DNA from: Octopus vulgaris
Taxonomy: Eukaryota
Direction: 5' to 3'
Assembly (NCBI GenBank): GCA_951406725.2
Contig: OX597815.1
Span: forward strand, 78,182,001 to 78,246,000
Length of the DNA stretch: 64,000 nucleotides
Shown here: piece by piece, positions 61,408-64,000 of the stretch
How the letters are laid out: each line of letters begins with the position of its first letter
Position numbering within the stretch: position 1 is the first letter of the stretch
Position numbers and translations under genes: made by a program
The notes under the pieces: generated by a model
Databases searched by the model: none
The model's input: the letters and a program-made list of their open reading frames with translations, nothing else
What the model was told of the DNA's origin: nothing

Positions 61408-61742
61408 CTGAGAACCCCTTCGGTCACGACACAGACCATGGGATTACACCTAGAAAGTTAGCCTCCAAGGCACAAGTCCGGGCAAGGTTGTTTATGGAAG
61501 ACCAGCAGTCGCCCATGCATATCGGGCTCCCCTCTCCACGCCACCAGTGTTATCCAAGGAAAAGGCAAAGGTCGATACAGCTTGGCACCAGTGACGTCGC
61601 AATTCATTTTTACAGCTGAGTGAACTGGAGCAACGTGAAATAAAGTGTCTTGCTCAAGAACACAACACGCAGCCCGGTCCGGAATTCGAGCTCACAACCT
61701 CACGATCGTAAGCTCGACGCTCTAACCGCTGGGCCATGCGAC
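61408..61742 (-). mobile_element. tRNA-derived CORE-type SINE (family D); degenerate copy at about 31150-31270 on +
   Basis: Reverse complement CGCATGGCCCAGCGGTTAGAGCGTCGAGCTTACGATC...GTGTTCTTGAGCAAGACACTTTATTTCACGTTGCTCCAGTTCACTCAGCTGT. Confidence 0.75.
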
Positions 61743-61750
61743 TTTACATA

Positions 61751-61827
<77 letters not shown>

Positions 61828-62479
61828 ATGTATGTATTATCTCCCCTTCTTCCTAGATCTCCTGTGTAAATCCTCTGTCCGGCATTCGCTATCATAGATC
61901 GCTAGCCACAATACATTCTTTATTTTCTCTCCTTGTTTCTTTCTGTTTTCCTTTCTGCGGAAGAGCGTAGGCTCAAAACATTAAATACTTTTTCACTTCC
62001 CGAGCGTTAAACTAATAGATCTGTTTGTTGTCTACAGTACCTGTCTTCGTCTTTTTTGTATGTGAATTCTTATATATATGTATGCATAATTGTTCATGTA
62101 TATAAATATATGTGTGTATGTATGTATGTATGCATGTATGTGTAAGAATTAACTCTTCCTTCTCTAATATATGCATATGTATGTGTATGTATATATATGT
62201 GTGTGTTAGGTGTGATGTAGAGAAATTGAATATTGAGAAAAAAAGTCGTCAGAATTTGGGAAAAAATCCTTTTATTAGCGCTTTCGTTCCTTTCTAGAAC
62301 TTGTCAAATGAAATTATGTGAATGTACAAACAGTTTGTTTATTTATATGAAACAGATGTTTTTTGGGGGGTAGGGGGAGGGTTGTATAGAAGAGAATACT
62401 GTTATTGTTTTTGGGGTGAAGTTCTATGACAATGGAGATGGTTAGATGGAAATATAGGTAGGTAAATAGGCTCATAGAT

Positions 62480-64000
62480 ATGTTTCTTTATTAGCCACAC
62501 AGGGCAGCACACAAACGGGACAAATTACAAGGTAGAGCTTTTCTTTTGGGGGAGAAAAAAAAGTGGGGTAGGTTTTCGATCAAAAGGTATCGTAAAAAGG
62601 AAAGAAATAGGAAAGGGAAAGAGGAAAGCAAAAAAAAAAAAACGGAAAGAAAAAAATCGATCAATAGGGATCGTGTATCACAGAAATGTCATGATATAAA
62701 GTGTAAAGGGGGAAACAGGTGAGGTTTATCTGTGGAAAGAAAAACCTGCGGAAAAGACCACGGTAACCTCGGTCAATAATGTCACATGTTAACACATTTA
62801 TTTGCAAGTAAGTAACTTGCTGTTTTAAATTTTCCGGGTTCATAGGATCATACTCAAGGTGACTTCGTCATTCATACGTGCCATCCTTGCTACATTCACC
62901 CATCTTTTTTTTAAACATTCGCTTGACAAAACTTGCCTCTCTACTCTCATTTTCCTTTTCAAGTGATACTTAAAGAAGTTGATGAGAGATTGACCAGAGG
63001 GGAAAGTGTTTGTCTCTAATCCTTTCAGACGCGTCCATCAGATACATTCTTTCGCCATGGCCACAAGTATGATGAAAATAGCTCTTCGTTCCCGTTTGAA
63101 GGAAGGAGGCGTGACGATATTGACAATAGAGTCGGCTGATAAACCGACTCGTCTCACACGTGACAGCAGTCGTTCGACATAAGCCCACAGGTCGGAAGTG
63201 GTTGGACACTGCACGAGTGCGTGCAGAACGGTTTCGTCGCTCTGACCGCATCTCGGGCAGGTCGGCCCCGTGTTTCTCGAGCCGTGTCTGTAGAGCTTAT
63301 CCCGAACGGGTAGCGCTTCTCCGTAGCACTGCCAGGTCAGGGATCTCTGGAAGTTGTCCATAGGTCCCGGCCCGAAAGTCGTCTTAAACAGGCAGGTCAG
63401 GTATTCCTCGTCGACGCCCAGGTTCGCCCCGAGATCGTCGTCGTACCTCCCCGCCACTAATCCCCTATAGAATGCTTTGGTTGTGTTGAAGTCACTCAAG
63501 GTCGACCCGGGACGGCATAGTTGCTTGAGAGCAACGCGACACTTGCGGTGCCATTCGCCCTTCTTCAGCCTCTTTTTGATCCACGACTGTAGTTCGGCCA
63601 TGGAGACGAGCTGCGGGAAAGTGTGCCTCACAAACGGCGACCACACCTGTTCACCGTCGTCTACGTAGAGCGGGAGGTGTCGCAGTCTCAGCGCGTGTCT
63701 GCGCATCATCAACCACGGCGTGCCCAGCCCTCCTTTTAACGGGCGTTGACAGCAAATGGATCGCCTGACCATCGGGACGCATCCTTTCCACAAGAAGCGG
63801 AAGAGAATGCGTTCTAATTTGGTGATGGTAGGGTCGGGACAAGGTACGACGGTCAGGCGGTAGTAGATGACGGACGCGATATACGTGTTCGCCACCTCTT
63901 CCCGACCTTTTACGGACAGTTTCCTCTCGGCCCATTGCCGGGAGAGAGTGACCACCTTACTCGTTATCTCGTTTCAGTTCTCCATTTGGAGGTCCGGACC
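62480..64000 (-). mobile_element. L1/Tx1-clade LINE 3' part (RT thumb + zinc-binding domain), runs off the window
   Basis: W..RKLS.KGR, FRFLW, P..GGLG, ALPVRDKL, CPRCG..DETVLHALVQC (zf-RVT-like). Confidence 0.85.

Overview
Eukaryotic, AT-rich, microsatellite-dense DNA. The SINE families and repeat landscape point to a coleoid cephalopod, most likely Octopus (inference). Most ORFs in the supplied track are artefacts of (TA)n, (CA)n, (TATG)n and (ATT)n repeats. One host gene is present: a five-coding-exon hydroxylysine-kinase (HYKK/AGPHD1)-like gene on + (40926-49557, 398 aa when spliced). The rest is transposon-derived: two full-length Penelope-like elements (PLEs) with pseudo-LTRs (a disrupted Naiad-type at 11872-17047 and an apparently intact Neptune-type at about 18780-24430), mariner elements, CR1-, R4/Dong- and L1/Tx1-type LINE fragments, several tRNA-derived SINE families, 8-bp-TSD MITEs carrying telomeric repeats, and a Helitron 3' end. 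Highlights: (1) the Neptune-type PLE has two ORFs joined by an in-phase U_UUU_UUA slippery site, suggesting gag-pol-like -1 frameshifting, and its ORF1 has a diverged homolog at 1-328; (2) many type I hammerhead ribozyme (HHR) motifs, all folded by eye, including U3-A8 covariants, one sense-strand copy in a host intron, and a 353-nt retrozyme-like unit with a 62-nt terminal redundancy; (3) most of these elements abut simple repeats; (4) a cluster of long palindromes at 57.0-58.7 kb.
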